Assembly: GCA_965224085.1 (NCBI GenBank)
Contig: CBDCYI010000004.1
Coordinates: 512,001 to 576,000, forward strand
DNA: 64,000 nucleotides
Reading direction: 5' to 3'
Origin: Candidatus Marinacidobacterales bacterium
GTDB lineage: Bacteria; Acidobacteriota; Vicinamibacteria; Marinacidobacterales; SMYC01
The translations under genes were made by a program, and so were the position numbers. Shown in pieces: positions 10,265 through 20,831 of the stretch. Within the stretch, counting starts at the first letter, position 1; the number at the start of each line of letters is the position of its first letter. The notes beneath the pieces were generated by a model that did not search any database, was not told the DNA's origin, and worked only from the letters and a program-made list of their open reading frames with translations.

Positions 10265-10920
10265 TGGAAGCGGCGCTTCGCGACGGGCCGGATGCCAAGT
10301 TGGCCCGACATCTCGAGACTTGCGTGAGTTGCGCTGCGGAGCTCGACCGTGCTCGGACGAGCCTCTCGCTGCTCGAGCGGCAGCTCGAAGCGGAGCTCGC
10401 CGTCGAGGTCCCGCCTGAGCTTTCCGCTCGAGTCAGGCAAAAACTGGCCGAGGTCCCGCCGGGCCACGGAGTAAGCTTTGTTCGGGTGAGTGTCGCCGCA
10501 GGCTTGGCGCTCGCCATAGTTGTCGGCTTGGCCATGGTCGTGTCTCGATCCGGCGTACCCGTTCGGACCCCGGAAGTCACGTCGGCGCAAGTGGAGCGAC
10601 CGCCGGCGCCCGTCCCTCGCCCAGCAGAGAGAGAGCCTTCCGTCTCGCTACCGATTCCTCCCAGGGCGTCTTCACCGGCGCCGCCCGCCTCGACGAACGA
10701 GCCCAGGGTTCTCGTCCCGGAAGGACAGGAGGCTGCCATCCTCCTCTTTCACCAGAGATCCAAGGACGGGAAGCTGGTTCTCCCACTGAAGCGGAGTCCC
10801 GGGCCCCTCGCCGAGTTGCGCAGACTGCAAATTACGCCCCTTGAATCGACCCCACTCGAGGTGGAGCCGATCGAGATTTCCCCTCTTTCCGAGAACGTCG
10901 AACGTCTCGGCCACCGGTAA
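10234..10920 (+). CDS. Zinc-finger (HxxxCxxC) anti-sigma factor with one TM helix
   Basis: MDCRRI...HLETCVSC, TM segment, Pro-rich tail; overlaps the sigma gene. Confidence 0.85.
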   Translation: MDCRRIQPALMEAALRDGPDAKLARHLETCVSCAAELDRARTSLSLLERQLEAELAVEVPPELSARVRQKLAEVPPGHGVSFVRVSVAAGLALAIVVGLAMVVSRSGVPVRTPEVTSAQVERPPAPVPRPAEREPSVSLPIPPRASSPAPPASTNEPRVLVPEGQEAAILLFHQRSKDGKLVLPLKRSPGPLAELRRLQITPLESTPLEVEPIEISPLSENVERLGHR

Positions 10921-10931
10921 AGGAGATAGTA

Positions 10932-11435
10932 ATGCACACGTTAACGAAGGTACTGACCATCCTGTCGATTCTGTTAATGAGCCTTGCCGCCGCGTCGGGA
11001 TCTGCATGGACACCGTTGAGGGTGGAGCTGGTCTTCTCAAACTACGATGGTGAAAAGCTGACGTCGCGACTTCCCTACACCTTCGTGGTCAACGGCGCGA
11101 AAGAGCCGCGCTCGACGGAACTTCGTATGGGCATCGAAGTGCCCGTGACCGTGGCCGAAGGGGCCCAGCAATATCGCAATGTGGGAACGAATGTCGATTG
11201 TAGAGCTCACGACTTGGGCGATGGAAGTTTTCGGTTAGAGCTCTCCGTCGAGCAGTCCTCGATTTATCCGGCCGCCCCATCCGGAGGCGATGGCAACCCC
11301 CTCTTCCGCACTTTCAATTCCAACCTCATCGTCGTCCTCGCGGACGGCGAGTCGATGGAGGTCACCTCGGCCACCGATATGGTCAGCGGCGAGGTCTCGA
11401 AGGTAAGCGTCTCCTTGGAGGTCCTGAAAAACTAG
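10932..11435 (+). CDS. Secreted beta-rich hypothetical protein
   Basis: AAGGAG RBS, signal peptide, QYRNVGTNVDC. Confidence 0.75.
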   Translation: MHTLTKVLTILSILLMSLAAASGSAWTPLRVELVFSNYDGEKLTSRLPYTFVVNGAKEPRSTELRMGIEVPVTVAEGAQQYRNVGTNVDCRAHDLGDGSFRLELSVEQSSIYPAAPSGGDGNPLFRTFNSNLIVVLADGESMEVTSATDMVSGEVSKVSVSLEVLKN

Positions 11436-11449
11436 CTCTGTGCCTAGCG

Positions 11450-12110
11450 TTACTTGGCTAGGGGATCGGGGCGCACTTGGAAGTGAACGACGATGGGCTT
11501 GCTGCCTTTGCCGGTCTCTTTCAACCAAGGCGTGCGATCCCCTTCCGGTACCCAAATCCCGCGGCCTTTCCAGCCCGCGTCGGGATCATCGATGCGGCCT
11601 TCGAGTCCCTTGGTATAGAAGCCAAGCGGATAAGGGACTCGCAGCGTGACGAAATCGCCGTTCACTAGAGCGTGTACACCGTCGAACAAGTTGCCGGTGG
11701 CGATAGGAATATTTGTGCCCAGCCCCAGCGAGTCGTGCTGGTCCACCCAAGTGTAGTAGCTGGATTACTGAATCCAGGCTCTTCCGGAAAGGCCGGTCCT
11801 GGCAAGTCGTGGAGGGTCCAGCCTTCGGGACAGTGATCGCCCGTCGCTTCAGGACCGTTCAAGGGCCCTTTGCATTTGCTGCGATCGAACTCTCCCAGGT
11901 GGCCACTGCCGAGAGACGCCCAGACGACGACGCGCATATCAATATCAGCACCGCGTACACCGAAACCACGCAGCGGAGGATTGTAGGTCTCCGCCAACCC
12001 AGTCTCCGGATCGTACCGCGTGATGGAGCCGGGAAAAAGCGAATGAATTGGAGCCCCATACGGATCCGTCCACGGGATTCGGCATCACCGCATAGAACCC
12101 CTTGGAGACC
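11450..12110 (-). pseudogene. C-terminal remnant of a secreted beta-propeller / carboxypeptidase-regulatory-like domain protein, frameshifted
   Basis: VWASLGSGHLGEFDRSKC...; EGRIDDPDAGWKGRG...QVRPDPLAK; frameshift near 11760; no start. Confidence 0.7.
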
Positions 12111-12189
12111 ACTCCACTCTTCGATCAACCGACGAATATCGTTACCCGAATCTCTCACTCAATGGTCGGCATCTGACTATGACCATTCG

Positions 12190-12933
12190 TGGGGTTAGCG
12201 GCATGGACGTCTGGGTTTATGAGCTCGATCGTGGCACGCGTTCCCGCCTCCCGGCCGACGGAGACGCCCTATTCCCCGTATGGCACCCGGATGGCGAGCG
12301 CGTCACGTTCGCTACGACCGCTGGCACTATCTTCGTTACCGCCGCCGATGCGAGCGCGGGCTAGAGAGCGTTGATCTCGATGGCCGGGGGAATGCACCGA
12401 ACTGGTCTCCCGACGGCCACACCCTCGTTTTTTTCGCAAGAAATGCCATCGGAAACTGGGACATCAAGGCACGGCGCGATGGGATCGTAACACCGGTGGT
12501 GGCGGGACCGTTCAACGAGACCGCTCCGCGGTTCTCCCCCGACGGTCGTTGGCTGGCCTATATATCCGACGAGTCGGGACGACTCGAGATTTACGCCCAG
12601 GCTTTTCCCGGTCCCGGCGAAAAGCGGACGCTTTCGAGTGAGGGCGGCAAGCAGCCCGTCTGGTCACACGACGGGAGGGAGATTTTCTATCGAGATGGCG
12701 ATCGAATAATGGTCGTCCCGCTTCAGATCGAGCCGGCTTTTCGTCCGGGAACGCCGCGGATGCTTTTTGCAGCGCGCTCCTTCGCGTCCACTCCGGGCGG
12801 TTATCCCAATTACGACGTTTCGCTGGATGGCACTCGCTTCATCATGATCGAAACGGACGCGACCGAGCGAAACGAGATCCACGTCGTGCTGAATTGGTCT
12901 GAAGAGCTGAAACGGCTCGCTCCACCCGACTGA
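12190..12933 (+). pseudogene. C-terminal TolB/PD40 repeat region of a kinase-TolB protein; truncated and frameshifted
   Basis: WHPDG, WSPDG, FSPDGRWLAYISDESG, NYDVSLDG, VVLNWSEELK. Confidence 0.8.
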
Positions 12934-12954
12934 CTAGTCTCTGGGAGTCGCCGA

Positions 12955-14772
12955 CTAAACCGTCATTCGCCGGTGGTACGTCCACCACTCGATGAGGATG
13001 AGCACGAGTGCGATGAGGATCAAGACGAGCCAGAGCTCGCCGCCGCCAACCGAGCCTGTGAGGTAGTCGACGAGACCGGCGTCGGTGCTCTCGCCCGCGA
13101 ACGCGGATGCGTTTACAGCCGAGACTTTGGGGCTCAAGAGGTTCGCCGACACCACCAGCTCGCCATCCGCGGTACGCACGGAGTACAGCCCCGGCGCTTC
13201 GGGATTGAATGCGGTGATGTCTCCGAGCGAGCGCGTCGCAACTTCATTGCCGCGTCCGTCGGTCACCGACGCCACGCGCGCCGGCACGGTGAAACGCCCG
13301 AGCGCCGCGGGCACGACATCCGTGCTCGTCAGCCAAGTCACGGCGTTGGCGAGAAAAATGGGAAAGCTCGCTTGGAGCGGGAAGCTCGAATCGGCGATAT
13401 CGAACGTGAGCTCGGCCCAACGCAAAGGATTCTCGCCAACGATGAGTACCGGCTCGGCCGAAGTTCCGGCGACGACTTCGTGCTCTCCCGGGTCGACGCG
13501 GGCCGCGCGCTCCACCACGACGTCCGCTAGCGACACGTGGCTCAGAATGGGATGATCGCTCGTCACACCCATCAGCGAAAAATCGCTCAGGTCCTCGCCA
13601 GCGGAAGCTGGCAGCCAGCCGCGCGCGGTCGGTCGAAACAAGAGGACCGGCGCCACGGGGCGCTCCTCGGGCGCGAAGCGATCGAAAACGTAAAGCCCGG
13701 GTAGGTCGTCATCGCCTTCAGGAACAGAGTAATCGTTGGGAGCCACGATCTCGAGAGCCACCCGCGGGTCGAGGTCCAATAGCGTCTCCAAGTAAGCATT
13801 TCCGCGCGTCACGAGCACCGTGTCGACGCGACGGGGCGCGGCGAGATAGGTATACGCAACATTATCTAGAGCGAAAGCATCGTCCGGTGCGTCGATGAGC
13901 ACTCGAATCGGGCCCGAGAGGAAGTTATCCACGTCAACGGGCTCGCCGAGCACTTGCCCGGGGGCGAGGGTAACCGCGCGCTGCACCGAAGCGCCTCCGG
14001 CCCCGTCGATTTGCATGGCGACGCGCTTCGACTCCGTGCTGTGATTCGAAAGCTCGAGAAAACCTTCGTAGCGCGTTGGCTCGGCAGGAACGGGCCGGAG
14101 AGCGAATGCGGTAATGCCCACGTTGTCGGACGGTTCGAACACCGAAATGGTCTGGACCGAGTCGGGAATGTCTCGAACCAGAACGCCGTCACCGATGAAG
14201 TAAACCTCCGCTTCGGCGTCCTCCTGATCGGTTGAGCCTATTGAAAAAGCGAAACCCTCTGGAAACTGACCCCGGTCTTCGAGACACGGCTCGAGCCCAT
14301 CGAGAAGCTCCAGCGCGCGGTGGCGACTGGCGAAACCGGTCGCCGGCACTTGCCCGCAAGCGTCGGTCACCATGAATTCGCTCGACGGGCTCCCTTCGTT
14401 CAGGAGGTCGTGGGCATGCGCAAGCGCGAGCTCCCACCGCGTGTCACCGGAAGACGTCGTCGCCATCATCGTTGGCGAGTTGTCGAGAATGACCGCGATG
14501 CGTCGGGCGCGCCCCGAGAGCGCTTCGATGACAGGCTTGCCCAGCGCGGCCGCGACGGCGAGGCCGATGGCGAGAGCCACGAGGAGCGATACGAGCCACC
14601 GCCAGAAATCGGAGCGCCTCTTCCGCTCTTGCATCACGCGCACCCAAATAAAGGTGGACGGTACGCTCACGCGCTGCGGCGGCGGCTTCAGCCAGTAGAG
14701 AAAGATCACGACCCCGATCGTGGCCGCGGCCAACAGAAACATTTGAAAAAACGTCAGCGCGACGAAGCTCAT
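12955..14772 (-). CDS. BatA N-terminal + von Willebrand factor A domain membrane protein
   Basis: N-terminal YWLK...VPST motif, ILDNSPTM MIDAS-like motif, C-terminal TM IEWW. Confidence 0.85.
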   Translation of the reverse strand: MSFVALTFFQMFLLAAATIGVVIFLYWLKPPPQRVSVPSTFIWVRVMQERKRRSDFWRWLVSLLVALAIGLAVAAALGKPVIEALSGRARRIAVILDNSPTMMATTSSGDTRWELALAHAHDLLNEGSPSSEFMVTDACGQVPATGFASRHRALELLDGLEPCLEDRGQFPEGFAFSIGSTDQEDAEAEVYFIGDGVLVRDIPDSVQTISVFEPSDNVGITAFALRPVPAEPTRYEGFLELSNHSTESKRVAMQIDGAGGASVQRAVTLAPGQVLGEPVDVDNFLSGPIRVLIDAPDDAFALDNVAYTYLAAPRRVDTVLVTRGNAYLETLLDLDPRVALEIVAPNDYSVPEGDDDLPGLYVFDRFAPEERPVAPVLLFRPTARGWLPASAGEDLSDFSLMGVTSDHPILSHVSLADVVVERAARVDPGEHEVVAGTSAEPVLIVGENPLRWAELTFDIADSSFPLQASFPIFLANAVTWLTSTDVVPAALGRFTVPARVASVTDGRGNEVATRSLGDITAFNPEAPGLYSVRTADGELVVSANLLSPKVSAVNASAFAGESTDAGLVDYLTGSVGGGELWLVLILIALVLILIEWWTYHRRMTV

Positions 14773-14779
14773 GGGGACG

Positions 14780-15667
14780 TCAGCGTATGAAACGGTCCTG
14801 TTTGAAGATTTGCATGATCAAGTCTTCGAAGGGTATCGGTGTCTGTGTCTGCACGTAGCCCCAGCCGTAACGGGAGCAATAAGACTCGATGCCCGTCTTG
14901 AGCTTGTCCATCTCCGCTTCGTAGGCCGCGATGAGCGTCGGCGACATTCTGAGTCTCTGCGACGTTCCATTCTCGGAGTCGACGAGCATCGCTTCGTCCG
15001 GCAATTGCGGTTTGAGCTCCTCGGGCGTAAGGATGTGCACGTTGAAAACGTCGTGGCGGAACATGCGAAGGAAGTCGAAGGCGGGCTCGTAGCCTTCCGG
15101 ATCCATGAAGTCCGACGCGATCACGACGAGGCCGCGCCGTCGCTTCGTGCTAAAAAAAGTCTTGAAAGCGCGCTCGAGAGACGTCTCCCCCGTCATCTCC
15201 ATACGATCGAGAAATCGGAAAATGCGCCAGATTTGATTGCGACCGCGCTTTGCGGCGATCTGCTCGGAGACACCGTTTGAAAAACCAACAACGCTGACGC
15301 GGTCGAGGTTCAAAAGCCCGATATAGCCGAGCGCCGCTGCGACTTTGCGGGCATAGTCGAACTTGGTCGGGTCGCCGAAGGCCATGGAGTTGCTGGCATC
15401 GACGAAGAAGTAGATCGGCAAATCCGCCTCTTCGTCAAAGATGCGCAGAATGAGCTTGTCGAGCCGGAGATAAGCTTTCCAGTCGACATCTTTGGTGTCG
15501 TCGCCGCTGACATAAGGCCGGTAATCCGCGAACTCGACGCCCGTGCCCTTCTTTCGAACCCGGTGCTCGCCGCGCAAGTGTCCTGGAACCATACGATTGG
15601 CGACGAGCTTGAGGTATTCGAGCTTCCGCAGAAACTCCTCGTCAAAAAGCGTGCTGACTTCACTCAT
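14780..15667 (-). CDS. DUF58 family protein (MoxR-associated)
   Basis: GTGVEFADYRPYVSGDD.KDVDWK, FVDASNSM, ASDF. Confidence 0.92.
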   Translation of the reverse strand: MSEVSTLFDEEFLRKLEYLKLVANRMVPGHLRGEHRVRKKGTGVEFADYRPYVSGDDTKDVDWKAYLRLDKLILRIFDEEADLPIYFFVDASNSMAFGDPTKFDYARKVAAALGYIGLLNLDRVSVVGFSNGVSEQIAAKRGRNQIWRIFRFLDRMEMTGETSLERAFKTFFSTKRRRGLVVIASDFMDPEGYEPAFDFLRMFRHDVFNVHILTPEELKPQLPDEAMLVDSENGTSQRLRMSPTLIAAYEAEMDKLKTGIESYCSRYGWGYVQTQTPIPFEDLIMQIFKQDRFIR

Positions 15668-15957
15668 GTTGCGCAGCACGCATTATAGCTATAAATATTC
15701 TGCGGAACACCCGCGTCACAGCGTGGGATGACGGTTGTGGTGGTCGGTGGCGTCTTGGTAGGTTTTGGCTAGGCCAACATTTCGGCCTCGACATACAGCT
15801 TTCCTACGACATTTATCGCGGTGACCTCGTAAGCGACTCCGCCCGGACCCAAGTTGGACAGCCGCGCGCTTCCTTGTTCTCCCGCGACGGCGCGGACGAG
15901 TAGCTCGAATGGCTCAAACTTAATCTCATGATAACGGCATCGTGACGGCTCACGTTC

Positions 15958-15986
15958 TTGACGTTTTCCGATGTGCGTATTACAAT
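15958..15986 (+). promoter_or_regulatory. sigma70 promoter of the TA operon (leaderless)
   Basis: TTGACG-17 nt-TACAAT; GTG start 7 nt downstream. Confidence 0.75.
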
Positions 15987-15993
15987 GTCTTAC

Positions 15994-16212
15994 GTGAGTA
16001 CCACCATTACCATTCGCCTCCCCGACGACCTTCGCGCGGAGCTCGAGTCCATTTGTGACACTCAAGGTAGGCCGATGAGCGATCTCGTGCGCGAGTCGCT
16101 CCGACGCTACGTTGCCGTCCAACAATTTCGTCGGCTTCGTGGGAAAGCGCTTCCGATCGCAGAGTCACAAGGTTGGCTCACCGACGAGGATGTCTTCGAC
16201 GCATTGTCGTGA
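15994..16212 (+). CDS. CopG/RHH antitoxin
   Basis: TITIRLPDDL...MSDLVRESLRRY. Confidence 0.85.
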   Translation: MSTTITIRLPDDLRAELESICDTQGRPMSDLVRESLRRYVAVQQFRRLRGKALPIAESQGWLTDEDVFDALS

Positions 16213-16616
16213 AGTTGGTGGTGGACGCCAACGTCCTGATCGCCGCGTTCGCCGCGCACAGCCTCTGCGAGACGCTGTTGGAGTTCTGCCTCGAGAACCA
16301 CGAAATCGTAACCAGCTCAGAATTGTTGGATGAAGTTCGTGACAAGCTCGTCAGCAAGATCAAGCTGCCCGAAGAAACAGCAACCGCAATCCGCGACTTT
16401 CTCGCAACGCACTCGACGGTCGTAGAACCCGCCGAAGTTCCTCCGGACGCCTGCACGGACAAGAATGACTTGTTTGTGCTCGGGACCGCGGCCGCGGGAG
16501 CCGTCGCGCTTCTCATCACGGGAGATAAAGCTCTCCTATCCGTTGAGGAGTATGCGGAAATCCCGATCGTGAGCCCGCGCCGCTTTTGGGAAATCTCGAC
16601 GAGGACTCAATCGTAG
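16209..16616 (+). CDS. PIN-domain toxin
   Basis: VVDANVLIAA, DKNDLFVL, ITGDKALL; GTGA overlap with the antitoxin stop. Confidence 0.9.
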   Translation: MKLVVDANVLIAAFAAHSLCETLLEFCLENHEIVTSSELLDEVRDKLVSKIKLPEETATAIRDFLATHSTVVEPAEVPPDACTDKNDLFVLGTAAAGAVALLITGDKALLSVEEYAEIPIVSPRRFWEISTRTQS

Positions 16617-16841
16617 GTGTCTGAGCGTCACTGAACGCTCGGCTTCCTTTCTGGGTCGCGAGCAGCGCCATAGATGCTGGTCGTCTTGGTAGGAGCTTGT
16701 TATTCGGCCGCCTCGGGCTTGCGGATCACTCCGGTGACGCCGCGTCGAGTGGGATATGGATGGCGCCGTTCGAGACCTCGACCACTCAAGCCATGGCTGC
16801 GGCGTGCTCAGCCTGGCACGCCCGCGTGGCGGAGAGCAGCT

Positions 16842-16975
16842 TTAGAAAAAGGCCTGCATCGTCTCGTGAGGGCCCTCGCAGTTGATGAGATCGACACGCT
16901 TCATTTCGATTTTGTAGCTTCCGCCCGCCAGCTTCAGCTCGTGGATATAGAACCGCCGTAAAGTTGCTGTTCGCG
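16842..16975 (-). pseudogene. C-terminal remnant of an aromatic ring-hydroxylating dioxygenase beta subunit
   Basis: YKIEMKRVDLINCEGPHETMQAFF-stop. Confidence 0.55.
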
Positions 16976-17019
16976 ATATTGGAGCTCGAGCATTTGAACG
17001 GTCGAGTGCACCCAGCAGT

Positions 17020-17130
17020 CTCCACATGATCATCCTCGGCGAGCATCGCGTGAGGCGCATCCTGCGCGAATACGTGGACGACTATCACTCGTGCCGGACT
17101 CACTTGTCGCTCGAGAAGTACGCTCCGGAT
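17020..17130 (+). mobile_element. Integrase-core (rve) transposase remnant
   Basis: HMIILGEHRVRRILREYVDDYHSCRTHLSLEK. Confidence 0.7.
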
Positions 17131-17346
17131 ATATACTCTATGCGTCGTGTGCCCGTGAAGCCCTCGCAGCAAAGAAGAAACTACACGAGAGTGAATATCC
17201 AGATGCCCGACGAGTCGTGCATGCGCTTCGCACGAGGACGTCGCACGTCGGCCTCGAGAGATAAGCAGCCCCCTCTGTGCCAAAGATTCGTGTTCGTGTT
17301 GAGCGTCGAAGCTCCGCTCCGGGACTACCTGTAAGGAGGAATTGTT

Positions 17347-18213
17347 GTGATAAAAACTTCTTTGGGCCATTCGATGGCCGCGTTCGTACTCGTGGCGATC
17401 GCTGTCTCCTGTGAGCAAGCTCCGCCGCCCGAACCGTCGACTCCCGCGGCCACGCCGTCGGCTACTGCCCGTCCCGTCCCCCCTGGACCGGCCGAGCTTC
17501 ACTGGAGCTACGAAGGGGATTCAGGACCGAGTGCTTGGAGCGAGCTCAACCCGGCGTTCTCCACCTGTGGCGATGGACGCAGCCAGTCGCCGATCGACAT
17601 AACCGAGGCGGCGTCGGAGAGTCTCCCGGAGCTGAGCGCGAGTTTCCGCCCGGCATCGCTCCGCATCGCGCACCATGAGCACATAGCCGACGCGATCAAC
17701 AACGGGCACACGATTCAAGTCAACTATTCGGAGGGCGATACCCTCTCCGTCGGAGAGCAGAGCTACGAGCTCCTCCAGTATCACTTCCACAGCCCGAGCG
17801 AGCACACACTCGAGGGCAATCATTTCCCGATGGAGATGCACATGGTGCATAAAGATCCCGACGGGTCGCTAGCCGTGATAGGCGTCTTCATCGAAGAAGG
17901 CACGCACAACCCCGCCTTCGACCCAATCTGGGCGAACCTTCCCAGTGAAAAGGGCGTCGAGTCACACTTCGAATCCATCACGGTCGACATCGACGAACTG
18001 CTTCCCGAGAGCCGGACGACCTACCGCTACGACGGCTCACTGACCACACCTCCCTGTTCGGAAAGTGTGAAGTGGTTCATTGCGACGGAGCCGATAGAGC
18101 TTTCCTCGGAGCAGATCAAAGCATTCACGGCGCTCATCACAGGCAACAACCGTCCGGTGCAGCCGCTCAACGATCGGACGGTGGTTACCGATCGCGTCGG
18201 CGGTGAGTCGTGA
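17347..18213 (+). CDS. cah: Alpha-class carbonic anhydrase, lipoprotein
   Basis: AVSC lipobox, HWSYEG, QSPIDI, QYHFHSPSEH, EMHMVH, YDGSLTTPPC. Confidence 0.95.
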   Translation: MIKTSLGHSMAAFVLVAIAVSCEQAPPPEPSTPAATPSATARPVPPGPAELHWSYEGDSGPSAWSELNPAFSTCGDGRSQSPIDITEAASESLPELSASFRPASLRIAHHEHIADAINNGHTIQVNYSEGDTLSVGEQSYELLQYHFHSPSEHTLEGNHFPMEMHMVHKDPDGSLAVIGVFIEEGTHNPAFDPIWANLPSEKGVESHFESITVDIDELLPESRTTYRYDGSLTTPPCSESVKWFIATEPIELSSEQIKAFTALITGNNRPVQPLNDRTVVTDRVGGES

Positions 18214-18261
18214 GAGGTACGACACGACTCAAGGAATTGACCAAAACCCTCACAGGAAGAA

Positions 18262-19591
18262 ATGTCAGGGGCGAATGAGAAACGGAACGAAAGCGCGACG
18301 ATGAGAAGGCGCGCGGATTCGGTGATGCGCGAGACGTGGTTGTTGTTGGCACTCATGGTCGCTTCGCTGACCGCCAATCCGATGGAATTGGCGGCAGTGC
18401 AGGCAGCGGAGTCAGCCGAGCAGCAGGGTCAAAAGCCGCACCACGAGGCCGACTCCGAGCGGGATACGGGCAAGCAAGACGAAGAGAAGAGCTCGGAGCA
18501 GGGCGTGCTCAAGCTGATCCAGATCGGCAAAAGCGTCACGCTTCAGCTCGGTGGGTTCGCCAAGGTCGACTACATTCAGGACTTCGATCCCATCGGCAAC
18601 GCAGACCAGTTCAAGGCGAACTCGATTCCGGTGGAGGGAGACACCGATGCCGGCCTCGGAGGAAGCACCAACATCTCGGCCAAGCAGACCCGGTTGAGTT
18701 TCGACGTGCGCGCTGACGAATCGGCGGGCGGGCTTCGAGCCTACGTCGAGGGTGATTTCTTCGGAAGCGGGACCGCCTTTCGCCTCCGTCATGGCTACGG
18801 GGAATGGAAGGGGCTGCTCGGCGGACAGACTTGGACGACATTTCAGGATATCTCCGCTCGACCATTCACGTTGGACTACGAGGGTCCGGACTCCGAGATT
18901 TTCGTGCGCCAGCCGATGATCCGCTTCACCGGTACACCTTCGGACAGGCTCGAGTGGTCGGTGGCGGTGGAGGATCGGGACAGTCAGGTCACGGTGCCGA
19001 CAGACGTGTCCGGGAGCGGTCGCAGCGAGTTTCCCGATATCCCGGGACGCATCCGGTTCAAATCGAAACGCGGTCACCTTCAGGTCGCAGGAATGGTGCG
19101 GCAGCTGCGTTTCGTGAGTGATGGAGGGACGACGGAAGCGACCGTGACGGGTTGGGGTGTCAACTTGTCCGGCAAGACCTCGGTGCTGAAGCGCGACGCG
19201 ATCATGGGGCACGTCGGTTTCGGCTCGGGCGTCGGTCGCTATATCGAAGCGTTTGGCGGCGAGAACTCGGATGCCGTGTTGACGCCGGACGGGGAGCTCA
19301 TAGCTCTCGACGCGTGGTCTTTCGTGCTGGGCTACACCCGCCACTGGAGTGAACGGTTCAACTCCACGCTCAGCGGTGGAATGGCGAAGCTAGACAACGA
19401 CCCGAGCCAACCTGGCGGCGCCATCAGATTCATCCGGTCGGCGCACGCGAATCTCGTCTACGCTTCCAGCCGCCTCCTCACCATCTGCGGCGATCGGCGG
19501 CGAACTGATGTGGGGACTACGTGAGAACCAAGACGATGCTCGGGGAGACGCTCTCAGGTTGCAGTTTTCGATCCAGTACAAGTTCCGGTAG
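18262..19591 (+). pseudogene. DcaP-family trimeric outer-membrane porin, frameshifted near the C-terminus
   Basis: GFAKVD, KQTRL, YVEGDF, FRLRHGY, GQTWTTF; 10-nt duplication at 19483-19502 shifts the frame; the original end ...RLQFSIQYKFR-TAG is at 19591. Confidence 0.8.
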
Positions 19592-19613
19592 AGAGCAATG
19601 AAATTCTATTTCG

Positions 19614-19690
19614 CTAGTACCCGTCCTCGATCCGCGATCGCGGTACGCGCTCGAAGTGCCTGAGGTTGTGCGTTACGAGTGTGAGGCGGC
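19614..19690 (-). pseudogene. VapC/PIN toxin C-terminal remnant
   Basis: LTLVTHNLRHFERVP. Confidence 0.65.
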
Positions 19691-19905
19691 GCGGCCAGCC
19701 CCGCAAGCTTCCTCCCAGCTTCGCAGACGTCCGATGCAGTCGGGATCGGCCGCCGAAGCGCTTTGTTTCAACCTTCGCAAACTGAGGCTCGCGTGGGCGA
19801 GTCGAAACAGAAGCATCAGTGAAACGAAGAGCCATAGTGTGAGGACGTGGGACGACCATCCCGCCGGAAGCGTGAACTCTTTGGTGGGGAGCGGCGCGAC
19901 GTTCA
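19690..19905 (-). pseudogene. BlaR1/M56 peptidase-like fragment
   Basis: TLWLFVSLMLLFRLAHASLSLRRLKQSA...WEEAC. Confidence 0.45.
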
Positions 19906-19913
19906 TGGCCGAG

Positions 19914-20831
19914 CTAGTCGCGAGGGAAGACGGAGGACAAGTAGGAAAAAACGCCGGCGTCTTCAACGGACGTTTCCATGAGAATGCGATACCGCAACAA
20001 GCCGTGCCTCTCGTGGATCGCTACCGCCCCCACCCGACTGTGAAACGAAGCTGGATAGACGCCTCGAACGGATTCCAAAGTCTCGATCTTTGTCAACTGG
20101 AGCCCGAAATAGCGATCGCTTAGGCGAATGCGCCGGGTGTCTCCCCGCAGGACAACCTCATCGCTGCGGGCGACTGCGCGGACCAGCACTCCCATCGAAA
20201 GCAGGCCGGCGCAGAGAATGAAGAAGAACATCAGCCCTTGGATGTCCTCGCCAGTAGGAGAGCCTAGCATCCAATACAGAGGTACGAAAAAAATCACTCC
20301 GACAAAGAGAATCAGCAACGGGACCACAACGAACCGAAACAGCGGGGACGGCGGCGCCGTTTCGATCCGTACCTCGTTAGGCGCGATCGCGAGCGTCTTC
20401 CGCCCAAGCGCGACTCGGCCAGCGCTGTCGGCTGGAGGAGGCGGCGGAAGGTCGACGCGTACGTCCCAGCTGACGCCCTCGCGCACGAGATAGACCGGAA
20501 AGCCAAGATGATTTTTCGGATCGGGGCAAGCAATGCTGTCTCCGGATTCGCCCCTCCGGACCGCGTAGGCATCACCGCTGATAGGACAAGCAAGGGTCGC
20601 CGGATCCGTACCTTCGGCGATCTTGTAAAAGTTGCCGATACATCGGGCCGAGCGTGTTTGGCCAGCCCGGATCATATTTCGGGCTATCACTGGGACGAGC
20701 ACCGCCATCGCCACGCCCATCAGTAGCACGATGATGAGGCAATCCGCCTGGCTTCCAAATCCCGCCTCGCTCCGGTAACGATGGCTCAAGGGCTTGTGCT
20801 CGGTGCCCGCTAAACTCGAGGTCATTCCCAC
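19914..20831 (-). CDS. Hypothetical membrane protein
   Basis: 305-aa ORF with three hydrophobic segments and Cys-Pro motifs; overlaps the permease stop. Confidence 0.55.
   Translation of the reverse strand: MGMTSSLAGTEHKPLSHRYRSEAGFGSQADCLIIVLLMGVAMAVLVPVIARNMIRAGQTRSARCIGNFYKIAEGTDPATLACPISGDAYAVRRGESGDSIACPDPKNHLGFPVYLVREGVSWDVRVDLPPPPPADSAGRVALGRKTLAIAPNEVRIETAPPSPLFRFVVVPLLILFVGVIFFVPLYWMLGSPTGEDIQGLMFFFILCAGLLSMGVLVRAVARSDEVVLRGDTRRIRLSDRYFGLQLTKIETLESVRGVYPASFHSRVGAVAIHERHGLLRYRILMETSVEDAGVFSYLSSVFPRD

Noticed and set aside
12955-15667. Complete MoxR-DUF58-vWA chaperone system
   Set aside because: No MoxR ATPase is adjacent; the pair itself is a known arrangement.
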